The position numbers and the translations under genes were made by a program. Under the pieces are notes generated by a model. That model was not told the DNA's origin, searched no databases, and was given only the letters and a program-made list of their open reading frames with translations. A DNA stretch of 64,000 nucleotides from Ranitomeya imitator (lineage: Eukaryota), in contig NC_091283.1 in NCBI RefSeq assembly GCF_032444005.1, forward strand, positions 510,322,001 to 510,386,000, written 5' to 3'. This document shows positions 1 to 12,900 of the stretch, in pieces. Numbering within the stretch: position 1 is the first letter of the stretch; the number at the start of each line of letters is the position of its first letter.

Positions 1-324
1 CGTTCACACTAGCGTTGTGCGCCGCTGCGTCGGCGACGCGACGCACAACGCACCGAAAAACGCGTGCAAACGCACGCAAAAACGCTGCGTTTTTCGACGC
101 GTGCATCGTTTTTTGACGAAAATCGGACGCAAGAAAAATGCAACTTGTTGCGTTTTCTTGGTCCGACGCTAGCGTCAAAAAAGACGCACGTGTCGGAAAA
201 CGCAACAAGCAAAAACGCATGCGTCCCCCATGTTAAACATAGGGGCGCATGACGCGTGCGTCGCCGCTGCGTCGCCCGACGCTAGCGCGACGCACACTAG
301 CCGAACGCTAGTGTGAACGTAGCC
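1..324. mobile_element. PIF/Harbinger-type palindromic MITE (left end cut by window edge)
   Basis: Window starts CGTTCACACTAGCGTT; right end AACGCTAGTGTGAACGTAGCC followed by TTA. Confidence 0.75.
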
Positions 325-875
325 TTACCAGGAAGTATCAAAAACAGCTTTATTTAAAAGATTACATACCAACAAGAAATAAAAAGGTAGCACCAAAAAT
401 GCAATAAAAACATATATATAAGAAAACGCATTCAAAAGCGCAATGAAAAAAAAACAAAAAACCGCAAGTAAGCCAATTTACTTAATAGGTGCAAAAATGG
501 TGCTGAAAATATGCAACATCTAAAATGCACTAAATACTCATCATGGGACTCTAGCTTAAAACATACCTGTCCATTGATACCCAGCCTGTTGGATTTCAGA
601 GGCCGATCCTTTTGTTCTCCCTGGTGATAAGGCCCCAGCAGAAAAGTGTGGCAGCGGCTCTCTCATAAAAAACATGGAAACACTCAGCCAAGTCGGGTGT
701 TCCTGTGTATGGGGGACACAGGAGAGACATCTGTCAGCAAAACGATGGCTTGGCTGACAACTGTGTATGGGGCACATAAATGGTTGACAAAATGTGTTAC
801 TTTTCTATTAGTAATCCTAAAGATTACAGATGTGCTATGTTTAAACACTGATGTACAATTATATCGGTTCTGCAG

Positions 876-975
876 ATTCCCCTACCAGTACAAAACATCA
901 GTTCTGAGCAGCATCCTGTGAAATCCGGGCTCTCTGATGCTTTTATGGTTCTTGACCCTTTCTTAGAAGTTCCAG
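876..975 (+). CDS. PLXDC1: PLXDC1 exon ([33 protein letters not shown])
   Basis: tgcag|ATTCCC...GTTCCAG|gttagt. Confidence 0.92.
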
Positions 976-3900
976 GTTAGTTGCAAAATGCTAACATTAT
1001 ACTATGGAGATAAAATATAGATATGAAGTTGATGCACTAAATATTCACTATTTCTGGAAATAAAAACCCCAAATAAGTTTAGAAAATGTACAAATCTAAG
1101 AACAACTTGTAGCCAATCACAATATTACAAGACTATAAGTGCCCTGCATATCATAACCTGCAGCAATAGCAAGAGTAACTGTCCAAAGACTCACCACAAT
1201 CCATCAATCCTAAATAACTCTGACAATTTTCAGTCCCTCCTCAGTTGAAGAGTTCAGGCCCCAAAAATCAACCTCAGCGCTGACCTCTGGCCATTTATTT
1301 TGAAGAAAAAACTGACCACATTTTTCCAAATCCCCTAATATCATGCATTCTTTTTCCTCCTGCAATCACAAAAGAATACGTTACCCTATTGGACTCAAGG
1401 ATACAGCTCTCTCTTGGTTTTCCTCCTGCATCTCTGACCATTTCTTTACTATCTTTCGCTGGCTCATCTCTGGCTCATCTCTATTCTGATCACACTCAAT
1501 TATACACATCATCTCCTGACATCACCCTGCATTAATGCAAAATATCAGTGATTGTCTTTCTGCTGTCTCTAACATCATGTCCTCCCACTATCTCAAACTG
1601 AATTGGTCAAAAACTGAACTCCTTGTATTTCCTCCCTCTACTTCCCTTCCCAAACCTAACATTGCCATTTACATGTGTAGTTTTACATTACTTTCCAGCA
1701 ACATGCCCGCTGTTTGGGGTGATATTTGACTCAGCTCTTTCCTTCACTCCCCACATCACTTGCTTACTCATGTCACCTACACCTCAAAAACATCTATAAA
1801 ATTAGACCTTTTCTTACCTTTGACTCTGCAATAACTCTTAACTGTTGCGCTTATTTATTCTCGTCTGGATGACTGCAACTCTCTACTAATCGGTCTCCCT
1901 CTAACTAAACTCTCCGCTCTCCAACAGCCAGGATCATATTCATTTTCAACCGTTATACTGATGCCTTTACCCTGTGCCAGCCATTGCACTGGTTGCCCAT
2001 CCGCTACAGAGTCTTAAACTTATCACTCTCAACCACAAAGCTCTCTACAGTTCTGCACCATCCATATATCTCCTCCATCATCTCTGTCTATCAGAGGCTC
2101 CAGGTGCCCTAAGTACTATATATGTATATTCCCTATATGAATATAGGACGATACAGTAAGGTGGTTAGGTACATAGGCATACTTCATACATATTCATGAG
2201 CGGTTTTTGACTGCAGTATTGCTTACCACCATTTGACACCGCTACCTGTTATGCATCCTAATTATGTAGACATAAGGGGAGTGGCATGGCCGTGGCCAGC
2301 CATGCATTCCTCCGATGCCACTTCCCTGTGTTCTAATTACATCACTTCCGGTCGCAGTGGGAATGCGGTCCACTGATGTCACTTCCCTGCGTTCCACCAC
2401 TGTCACTTCCGGTCGTGGGGCTTCAGGATGAGAGCTACATATGAATAAAAGGATGACGCCATCACCAGGGGATAATCAATGGTAATTCATTTGGGGCACC
2501 TGAGGCATTTGTATTTATGAGTGGGTCTGGCACCCATACACAGCACTGTCTGTTTGCATGGAGATAGATTAAGATCCCCTTATGAACCCTGACACTAAAG
2601 GGAGAAACGCGTCGGGACTATGTACAAGGGACTCCTGAAACAATAAGTGTCTCTACTTTATATCCCTTATCTATGATGGGGATTTTTTTTTTATATTTGA
2701 CTAGATTGTTGGAATTTTGTTTTGATATTATACCTGGCAATATTTACTCCTCAGCCTGTTGCCACTGTGGATGGGGGAGCTATATGACACTACTAAATAT
2801 GGTGTTACTTGTGGTACCAGACTGTCTGGTGGATATGTTTGAGGCCATATGGTTTGCTGGTAACATCTGAGATCTTAATGGATGGTGAAACTCCTAAATT
2901 AGGACCACTATATTGCTGACTTGCATCATATTGTGCTCCTTCTTTTTGATGCCGTGCTGCTGCATAGGGATGGTGCTTTGCGGCATATATGTATTTGGGA
3001 CATCTGATGCTCTATTTTCCAGTGTTATGCTGTGACTTTGAGAGCTTTTTGAATGGTGGTACATTATATGGGAATAAATACGAAGGGCATTCATTAAAGA
3101 TTTCCCCTGACCCACTTCCTGTGGACTGAGAGCAATGGAACTTGGCACAGTAATTAGTCCTTCTCTACATAGGTGCCATCTAGGGACACACATATCTTTC
3201 ATCTCTTTAAGCAACTGTAAACACCATTCTTGTAGAAGTCGACAGGTTGTTCCAAAAGCCACGTTGTGACTTCGGAAACCAGAGTCTCATCATCTGGAAA
3301 ATGCTTGTCCTTCAAAAATAACTTCATTATTGGAAAGAGGTGGAAGTCTGATGGTGCGAGGTCAGGTGAATAAGGGGGATGTGGTAGAATTTCAAAGCCA
3401 CAGGAGCATGCTTCTATTTGGGCAACATGTCAGTTGTGAACTGGTGCATTGTCTTACAGAAGGCAGAAATCTTTGTGGAGTATGCCATGTCTCTTGGTTT
3501 CTATGGCCTCCCGCAATATCCGCAGCAGTGAAGCATAATATGCCCCAGTGATCATGGTACTCTTTGCTCAGAAATCCATTAATACTACTCCATGCTGGTC
3601 CCAAAATACTGTGAGCATGACCTTGCATACCGAGGATTGGGCACGTGCTTCTTTGGAGGTGGTGAGTCATGATACTTCCATTGCATCGACTAGACTTTAG
3701 TTGCAGGATCATAGTGATGGACCCAGCTTTCATCCTGTGTGATCAGTCTGTTGAAAAAGTTCTCCTGGTTTCCATGGCACATCGTCAACAGAGCCTGAGA
3801 GCATTCGACTCGTTCCTGCTTCAGGAAAGGTGTGAGCAGCAGGGAAACCCAGCGAGCAGATACCTTATGCATGTGAAGATGGTCTTGGATGATTTTTTCC

Positions 3901-6900
3901 ACGGATCCCCACACTAATCTTGATATTTTGGGCTAAGTGGCGAATGGTTACGCAGTGATTTTCCAAAATGGCAACCTCCACTTGCTGGATGTGTGATCAT
4001 CAATAGCAGAGTGGGATCTCCCTGGAATTGGAGCTGTTTGCACTGAAGTCTAACCACATTTGAATTGATGATGACAGTTTTTGACTACATTATATGATGG
4101 GGAATCATCATCATAAACCTCTTTCATCTCATCGAACGTCTCCTTTGGCATGTGGCCTTTCAAGTAAAGGAATTTGATGACTGCAATGTATTCCACAGGA
4201 TCGATTATCAAACCTCACACCACTTCAACACCTGTAAAATCAAGACTTATCAGTTCTGAGTTGCAAATTGGCACATAACCTATAGAGACTTTTATCATTA
4301 CACTTGTGCAGTTTCAGCGTCCTGTAATAAATAGAAGTGGGTCAGGGATAATCTTTAATGAACGCCCCTCGTACTTATGTGCATTCTAGGCTTAGTACCC
4401 CATGTAATGGGAAACACACATTAGTAACCATCTGGTACTCCATTACTGGAGACCCTTTTAGATCGTCTACCACACAAAACTAAGCACTTCTTAGACAACT
4501 CCATACATGTATAATATATGACTATATTTTGGAGACTCCCTGTAACCAGGGAAGACCAGTCAGTCTTCACAAGGATATCTAAAAGACCTACTTAGGGACC
4601 TTGGTGCACTCTTGCTATATATTATATATATTTGTGTCCCACTTTCTATTTGTGAATAAGATGATTAGGGATACTGACGATGAGTGGGGGTGCCATGGAG
4701 TACAAATTAGGGTGCCAACCTCCACTGTAAGGAAGGGAGATATCCTTAGGGAGAGGTAGGGATCTACTAGGTCTACATACCTACCTCCTAGAAATATTCC
4801 GGTGATCCTGGTCACGACAAAATACACCCTGGTGCAGTCTGTAAATATATGTTCTGTGGGCTATGTGCCTGTATGCTTTTAGATAAATAAAAGTAATTTC
4901 CTTCTTATGGTTGTATTTGTTTAATTTTGACTTCGCCTAGAGATTTAAGATTTGGTGTTTATTTCAATTGAAATTCAACATAGGAAGAATTAAATGGAAG
5001 TATTGCGTCCATACAGCAGCCTAGCTCCCCCAGCATCCTGGTCCCCCAAAAAACAACATCCCTAGGGTACGTGTTCACGTTCAGGATAGCCGGTGGTTTT
5101 GACGGAGCGGGGAACTCGCTCCGCCCCCTTCTGGAGACGCGATGATGCCGGATGTGTTCATTGCACATCAGGAATCATCGCACCCCACACATAGGGCCCT
5201 GTGTTATACCTTGCGGTGGCGCAGCGTCGCCGCAAGGTAAACGGACATGCTGCGAACTAAAAAGACGCGCCGCATGTCCGGAATCGCAGGGCCGCCGGAT
5301 GTGTGTTACCACGCATAGTGGAGACAGGATTTCATGAAATCACCTCCACTATGCTGTAACATGTGGACACTGCTTGTTTGATGCTGCGTCTCTATGCAGC
5401 GTCAAACACGCAGCGTTTCCTGAACGTGGAAACATACCCCTATACCTATGCTGGTAAATGTAAAAATAGTCATTAAATAAATAAGGTTTCAAGTTAGACC
5501 ATAGCATCAAGGGAATAGTAATTTTAGTAAACATAATTAAGGTAATTTGTCAAAAGGTTTTTGCTGTGTAATCTGAGAGCAGCATAATATAGCGCCTGAG
5601 ACCCCGATTCCAGTGATAATTTACTAAACTGTTTCAATAAAAGCAGTATTTTATCTGCAGATTATTACTACAGGACTAATTGTCTTGTCCCTCGTAGTCA
5701 ACTGCTCTGGATAACCCTAAATCCATCACTAATTAGCAGCTATCTATCAATGTACAGAGTACACAGAAAACTTTCAATCAGTGGTGTGAGTAGGGTTGCA
5801 CGCAGCTCAGCATTTGAGCACTGCTAGATCTGCAGCAGAGAAAACAGTGATGGTATCAAACTGACAGCAAGCAGACCAGAAAAGGACACATTCTTGGAAT
5901 CAGAGCCTCAGCCACTACATTAGGCTGCTCTCAAATTACATAGCAAAAACCTGGTAACACATTCCCCTTAATGACTTTTTGAAAATCACTTCTGAAAGAC
6001 ATTTATGTTTTTCTCCTACCATGCAGAATCCCGGAGGCGATCTATCTACGAGTATCATCGGGTACAGGTGGACCTCGATAGGATTAAGAGTCAAACAGTT
6101 GTGGAATTCACTCCTCTACCAAGTAATCAAAGACACAACAAAATGCCAGCACAGAATGAATCCCATTCTAGCCATCCTCTTCATTCAGTTCTTCATTAAA
6201 CTGTATTTAATTTATGAAAATCCGAATGACCACCCAGCAGTACAGCCGTGAATCGGTGAAAATATCACCAGCATTACAAAATGTTTCTGCAAATCGTAGA
6301 CTTTTGCCATTTTTACCTCATTGCTGGTCAATCTCCACTTTTTGAATAGTGAGCACAACTTAGCCAGGAAGAGGCAGGGACAAACATGGTCAACTAATTC
6401 ATCATAATTTATGCCTGAAATGTGGATATTACAAGAGAAATGTACTGCAGTCCCTGACAAGATTACTTTACGCACAGTCGCGCACAGCATCTGAAAGATG
6501 TGCCGAATTCAGTAGGTGTAGTACACCTCTTAAGGTATGTGCAAATGATACGAAAGTAGCAGCGCTTTGGATGCAGCGCTTTGGATGCAGCGCTTTAGAC
6601 GCAGCGCATGTTCCCCGTGTCGAAAGCGCTGCCATCTATTGCACGCAGGTGAATCCACATCTATTCACTGAATCAAACGGATTCACCACGAACAATTACA
6701 TTCTATTGGAGAAATTTGGTGGAGAGACACGCCGCATATCCGCCTCTGCGGGTGAACCACAGGCGCCTATTTCTTGAAATCCCATCCACTATGCTGTAAC
6801 TTCTGGCCAGTGCGGGTTGGACACTGCACGAGCACCAACCCACAGCGTTTACTGATTGTCTGCACATACCCTTAATGATTTTGATGCATCCTATACTAGC

Positions 6901-9900
6901 ACACTCTTCAAAGCTGGAGTGCAAAACACCAGTCTAAATAAATCGGGGCCAAAGTTGTTGCTTTTATGGTTGAAATAATCTTCAGCAGGAGATTAAATAT
7001 ACAGAGCAATTAGTATAGGCTTTTCCCAGTCATCACTGATTCTTTTGCCTCATATATCAGGTTTAGTAGGTTACATTAGGTGTGAGGGCAGTGCTCAGCG
7101 TCATACAACACCAGATCAAACGTATAGTGAACAGACTCATACATCATCTTGAAATCATTCTCATACTTGGGGTTTAAGCCGCTCAGGAAATTTCCTTACA
7201 TGGCTGTAGGAGAGAATTACAATAGAATTTCAAAACTATTAGATACTGCTGGTATGTATTATAATGTATGTTGTTGGCATTTCCCTCCGTTTCTGTAAAT
7301 TTCCTGCCTTTATCATAAAATTTCAATGCAAAACACAAAACATGAAGTACATGGTATTGTTTCTATAAAAATTAATGACCATGCAGGAAACAAACAGGTG
7401 ATTTAGGACTAATAGTGTAGTTTTATGACAGTAAACAACTATGCTCTCCTTGAATACAGCATGCCTGCAGCACACAACCTGTGACCAGTGTCTGACCTCT
7501 GCTTCTAGCCTCAACTGCAGCTGGTGTCATGTGCTACAAAGGTAAACCTATATACGGTAATTATATGCTACCAACAGTGCTAGGATCAGAAAAGAGTTTA
7601 GGTTAAAGGAATTGTCAGGCACGATTATATTTTCTCCTGGTATCGACATCTGTCCAGTCAGAGTCAGTAATAACTGCATAAGAGCTGCAGCCTTCACATT
7701 GTGTCTAAGCGGGCTTCTTTCACTAGTAGGCAATGTGAACGCTGCAGTCAATCATCAGTTTCCAAGAGGTAGCAGTGGTCACACGACACCCCCACCAGAT
7801 GTGAATGCTTAAGACTAAAGCACAGGAGCTAGTGTGGAGGAGTGCTGCCCTTGTAATAAATGAATATCATTTTTTTTTTTTTTTTCTCCACACATTTTGC
7901 TCATTTTGAAAATATTTTAAAGTGGTAGACAATCCTTTTATGTTTAATAAAATAGACTCATTATTACATTTGTTTAAAGAGTTCTCCAAGAATGTAATAC
8001 TCTGGCCTCGTCACATAATTCAAATGACAACCAGTCCAGTGATGTGTCACGAAAGGCTGCAGTCTGAAGAGTCAGAGCTTTTGGAACAGAAAAAAGTCTC
8101 TTCCCCGGCAGACTGAGCACAAAGGACTTTTTTCCCTAGCCTCAGTCCGCCATGCTGAGTCAGGTAAAGAGATTTTTTTTCTTGTCCGTCACAGCCCTTC
8201 TCGACTTCCTATGTAGCTCCTCTATCAGGTGAGACGCATGTCTCAGAAGTTGTGTTCCTTCAGCCCGCAGCCTGCCCTGAGAAGTTTTAATAGATAGGTT
8301 ATGTATTCTATTTTTAAAGCTATGTATTTTATTTTTAAAGCTAAAGTGCAAGGTGCAAGGACACACAGACAAATATACAGTTGTGGCCAAAAGTATTGAC
8401 ACCCCTGCAATTCTGTCAGATAATACTTAGTGGCTAACCTCCCTAGATGTGGACGGAAAAGAAAAATTGACAAGAGATTTCAACGCAAGATTGTGCGGAT
8501 GTTGGATTAAGAACCTCGACTAACATCCAAACAAGTTCAAGCTGTTCTGCAGTCCGAGGGTACAACAGTGTCAACCCGTACTATACGTCGGCGTCTGAAT
8601 GAAAAGGATCTGTATGGTAGGAGACCCAGGAAGACCCAATTTCTTACCCCGAGACATAAAAAAGCCAGGCTGGACTACCAACAAATTTTGCAGCATAATG
8701 TAGGGCCCAGTGTGAGAAAGCTGGGTCTCCCTCAGAGGTCATGGGTCTTCCAGCAGGACAATGACCCAAAACACACTTGAAAATAGTTTAGAGAAAGCAC
8801 TGGAGACTTCTAAGGTGGCCAGCAAGGAGTCCAGACCTGAATCCCATAGAACACCTGTGGAGAGATCTAAAAATGGCAGTTTGGAGAAGGCACCCTTCAA
8901 ATATCAGGGACCTGGGGCAGTTTGCCAAAGAAGAATGGTCTAAAATTGCAGCAGAGCATGCTAAGAAACTCATTGATGGTTACCGGAAGCGGTTGGTCGT
9001 AGTTATTTTGGCTAAAGGTTGTGCAACCAAGTATTAGGGTAAGTTCACACAGGACTTTTTTGCTGCGTATTTTTGCTGCGCTTTTTTATGCTAATTTTCA
9101 GCTGCTTTTTACAGTACCAGCAAAGCCTATGAGATTTCAGAAATCTCATGTACACACATTGTTTTTTTGTTTGATCAGTATTTTGTGCTTTGCTGCGTTT
9201 TTTTGACATAGAGCATGTCACTTCTTTCAGAGTTTTTGCTGCGTTTATTCACCCATTGACTTGAATGGGTGTTGAAAACAACGCAGCAAAAACGAAGCAA
9301 AAACGCAGGTATCATTATTTGCTGTGTTTTTGCTGCTGAAAATCCAAGGACATTAGCCTGGAAAAAAACGCACAAAAAAAACGCCCCAAATACGCACAAA
9401 AAACGCACCTAAATTAGCATAAAAAACACAGCAAAAAAGTCCTGTGTGAACTTACCCTTAGGCAGAGGGTGCCAATACTTTTGTCTGGCCCATTTTTGGA
9501 GTTTTGTTTGAAATGATCAATGTTTTGCTTTTTGCTTCATTCTCTTTCTGTTTTTTCATTTAATACAAATTAAATGAAGATCATAATACCAAAGAATTTG
9601 TGATTGCAATAATTTTCAGGAAGAAACTGAGTATTATCTGACAGAATTGCAGGGGTGTCAATACTTTTGGCCACAACTGTAGTGCTACACACGAAAAATA
9701 CACATTAGCCTTTTAGGAGACCCGGAGGACCCTCAGTCCTCTCTCAGATAACGAGACAACAGTTGGTTGTATCCTAGCACAGCAATACCCTTGACATTGC
9801 TGTGCCAGTACAAACTAATTGTATTCAACAAAAGTGAGTGAGGATGTTGCATAGCTGTAATCTGTGCTAGTCAACCTAACTAGCAAAACCATGTGTTGGA

Positions 9901-12900
9901 TCCACATCAGTACATACATAAGATCTGTAATATTGCAAGTTAGGTTGACTAGCACAGATTGCAACTATGCAACATCCTCACTCACTTTTGTTGAATACAA
10001 TTAGTGCGTACTGGCACAGCAACGTCAAGGGTATTTGCTGTCCTAGGATACCAGCAACGTTGTCTTGCTATCAGAGAGGACCGAGGGTCCTCCGGGTCTC
10101 CTAACAGGCCAATGTGAATTTTTCATGTGTACCACTATATTTGTCTGTTTGTCCTTGCACCTTGCGCTTTACGCTATGTATTGTATTTTAAAACCTATCT
10201 ATTAAAAGTATTTTTTTACTCCAATACGCTAAATTCCAGTAGAATAAATAGGTTATAACTATTTGCTGTATCCTACTGTCCTGAGAAGTGACTAGAATTG
10301 TCTGCCATTTTAATTACATGACGGGGTCATGTTATTACATTCTTTGAGAACCCTTTTAAGATACCCATACACGTTAGATGCTGCCAATTTAGGCCACTCA
10401 TCTAATATATATATATATGAGGGTGTCCCAAATCTTCCCCAACAATAGATGTAAGGGAAATAATGATCAGGCTTCTGGATTTCAATGTTTTTGAAGGAGT
10501 TAAGCAGCTGCCAGAGGTGTTGGGCAAATCCTTAATCCCCTTCTCCTATAAAGCATACATACTTGAGCGCACATGTATGTATGGGGGCATCAAGGGAAAC
10601 TGCTGTCAAACAACAGCAAAAATTTGAAAGTGGAGACATAACAGCACAGGCACTATAGGCATATATACAGTTACAGTATTTAATGCTGATTATTTTCTGT
10701 ATAATGACACGTAGATGTTCCAGTGGCATTGACCGTTATCGACAGGACTGGATGACATATGGATGTGAGAAAGAGGTCCGTATTATTTAGTATCAGAGTA
10801 ATTGAAATAATCTATTATACAAACCTAATTGAGTATTTTTTCTCCCTATTACCATACCCTGAAGGTACCACGTACGTCATGTGAGGATTATATGGATTTT
10901 TACACGCCAGCTGACACCACAATCCAAACCACCTCCCTTACAATGAACTTATCCACACCGACAGCCTCCATAGACCTCACTACAGAAGGTAACAAATTAA
11001 TTAGTATCTATTCGAGCTGGTTTATGAGGTGAATACTGCACAATTATTACATGTTACAAGGCATAAGAAAAAGTATTGATTTTATTACATTTATGGGATC
11101 ATCACTGAGTGTATAAACAGAGTTGAGGAACGTTGCAATTAGATTTGATTAAAGGGAACCGGTCATTCACTTCATGCTGCCCAAATCATGAGGAGCATGA
11201 ATTAGAGCCTAGCTGCCCGATTGCAGCCAGTTGTGCTTTTTTCTCAGTCAGTTTTTGCTCATACCGCTGTAGTTGAATGACAGGTTTATCCCATGAGTGG
11301 ACATCGAGAAAGAGCTGTCATTCAACTGGAGAAGTGCAAGGAGAATCCGGCTGGTGGCAGTGGCAGACTAGTCTCTTGTTATGACCCCTGGCTGGATCAT
11401 TAAACTATGTGTTCCCTGTAACACCAGCGAGTGTCAGAAGAAAACATACCTGGCTGCAAATCGGACAGTCAGGACCTAATTCATGCTGCCTATGGTTTGG
11501 GCAGCATGAATCAACTGATAGGTTCCCTTTAACTTCTACTGGAGTTACAGAAACAGTGCAGCACAGCCCAGAGCCCTGCCTACGGTGGCCAGCGAAGAAG
11601 GATAGATATTCCTATCTGACACCATACCTTACATGTTACTTATTCATTTGTTTTAACTTGTACATTTCTTAAAAAGGGCAGTGTCAACTAAATGTCCAAT
11701 TCTAGTCTTTTTTTTTTTTTAAACTGTTTATTTTTGAAAAATTTTCCTTTTTCTCATTCAAATAACATCATAAACATAAGTATAGTTGTAGCAAAATTAA
11801 GCAAAACAATGCAAAACATTTTAGATGTTTCTTCCAGTGGCACAGTGCCAATTCTATTCTTTTATTTTCTATTTTCCTGTCACATTACCCGTTCGCCCAC
11901 ATTTCTTGTTAGGGGTTATATCCTTGACAGTGTGTCACAGTCCTTATTTGATGATTGATACCTGACATATGATGTAATAGTATGTCATAAAATAAGTTTT
12001 ATTTTGAAATTTTAATAATCAAAAACAAGACCAGAACATTTTTACCCTATTCTTTAATATGCTATTTTGTTTTCATGTAGATGACACAAAAAAGGAGCAT
12101 GAGGGAGATGGTAAGTAAATGGACATGTGGATGGTTCATCTGTTATTATTAAATGCATAACACTAAAGGAGACGTCCACTATATTGATGACTTAAATAGG
12201 TTAGGCATCCATGTAAAGTCAGTGGTGACGGACACTTACACCCATCAGCTGTCACTAGCTTCAGCAGGATCCAGGTGTAAACTGTGGATGGAGCAGAAAA
12301 CAACACCCCATACACTGTTTAGTGCCTGCTGCCACATACTGTACATCAATTCCTGCTCTCTTGAATAGGAGTTGATCTACAGTATTGATGACCTACCCGA
12401 AAGATAGGTCAACATAACAGTAGTGTTAAACTCTTTTAAAGGGAATCTGTGAGCTGGTTTCGCTATGTACCGTAATCTGAAGACAGCATAACGTAGGGGT
12501 TAAAACACAGATTTCAGCTATGTCTCTCCTATCAAGCTTGAGGTTTTTCTTGCTTACAATGATTGTTTTAGCATTAGTAGCTTATAATTGCTGTAACTAG
12601 CTGGTCATGTGAGACCTGATCCCACACATCCCCCCTCCTGTGATAGGCAGCTCACTGTCTATGAACTTTATACACCAGGGTTAGCTTCCTCAGCTCTGTT
12701 TCAAGCAAAATCTAAAAACTCTGATTGTTTCAGAACGAATGCACGCAGTAATCTGAATCCAACAATGTATCATTTAGCTTATTTTTGTCTACATCAGGCT
12801 GCTCTTAGATGAGGTAGCAAAAACCTGCTAACAGATTCCTTTTAACTAAATGTATATATTTTACTCTTTCAGAACCACTTGAGGAGGTTCCAAAGAAAAG

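Larger units (their letters stand above)
7978..10355. mobile_element. TTAA-flanked foldback/T2-type element with a long internal palindrome, interrupted by Tc1
   Basis: TTAA|AGAGTTCTC...GAGAACCCTT|TTAA; 8285-8377 plus 9680-9895 is inverted relative to about 9950-10210. Confidence 0.7.

Noticed and set aside
8195-8250. Second hammerhead-like motif (GAGACGCATGTC)
   Set aside because: The GAAA box is mutated and no CTGANGA core or clear helix II could be found.
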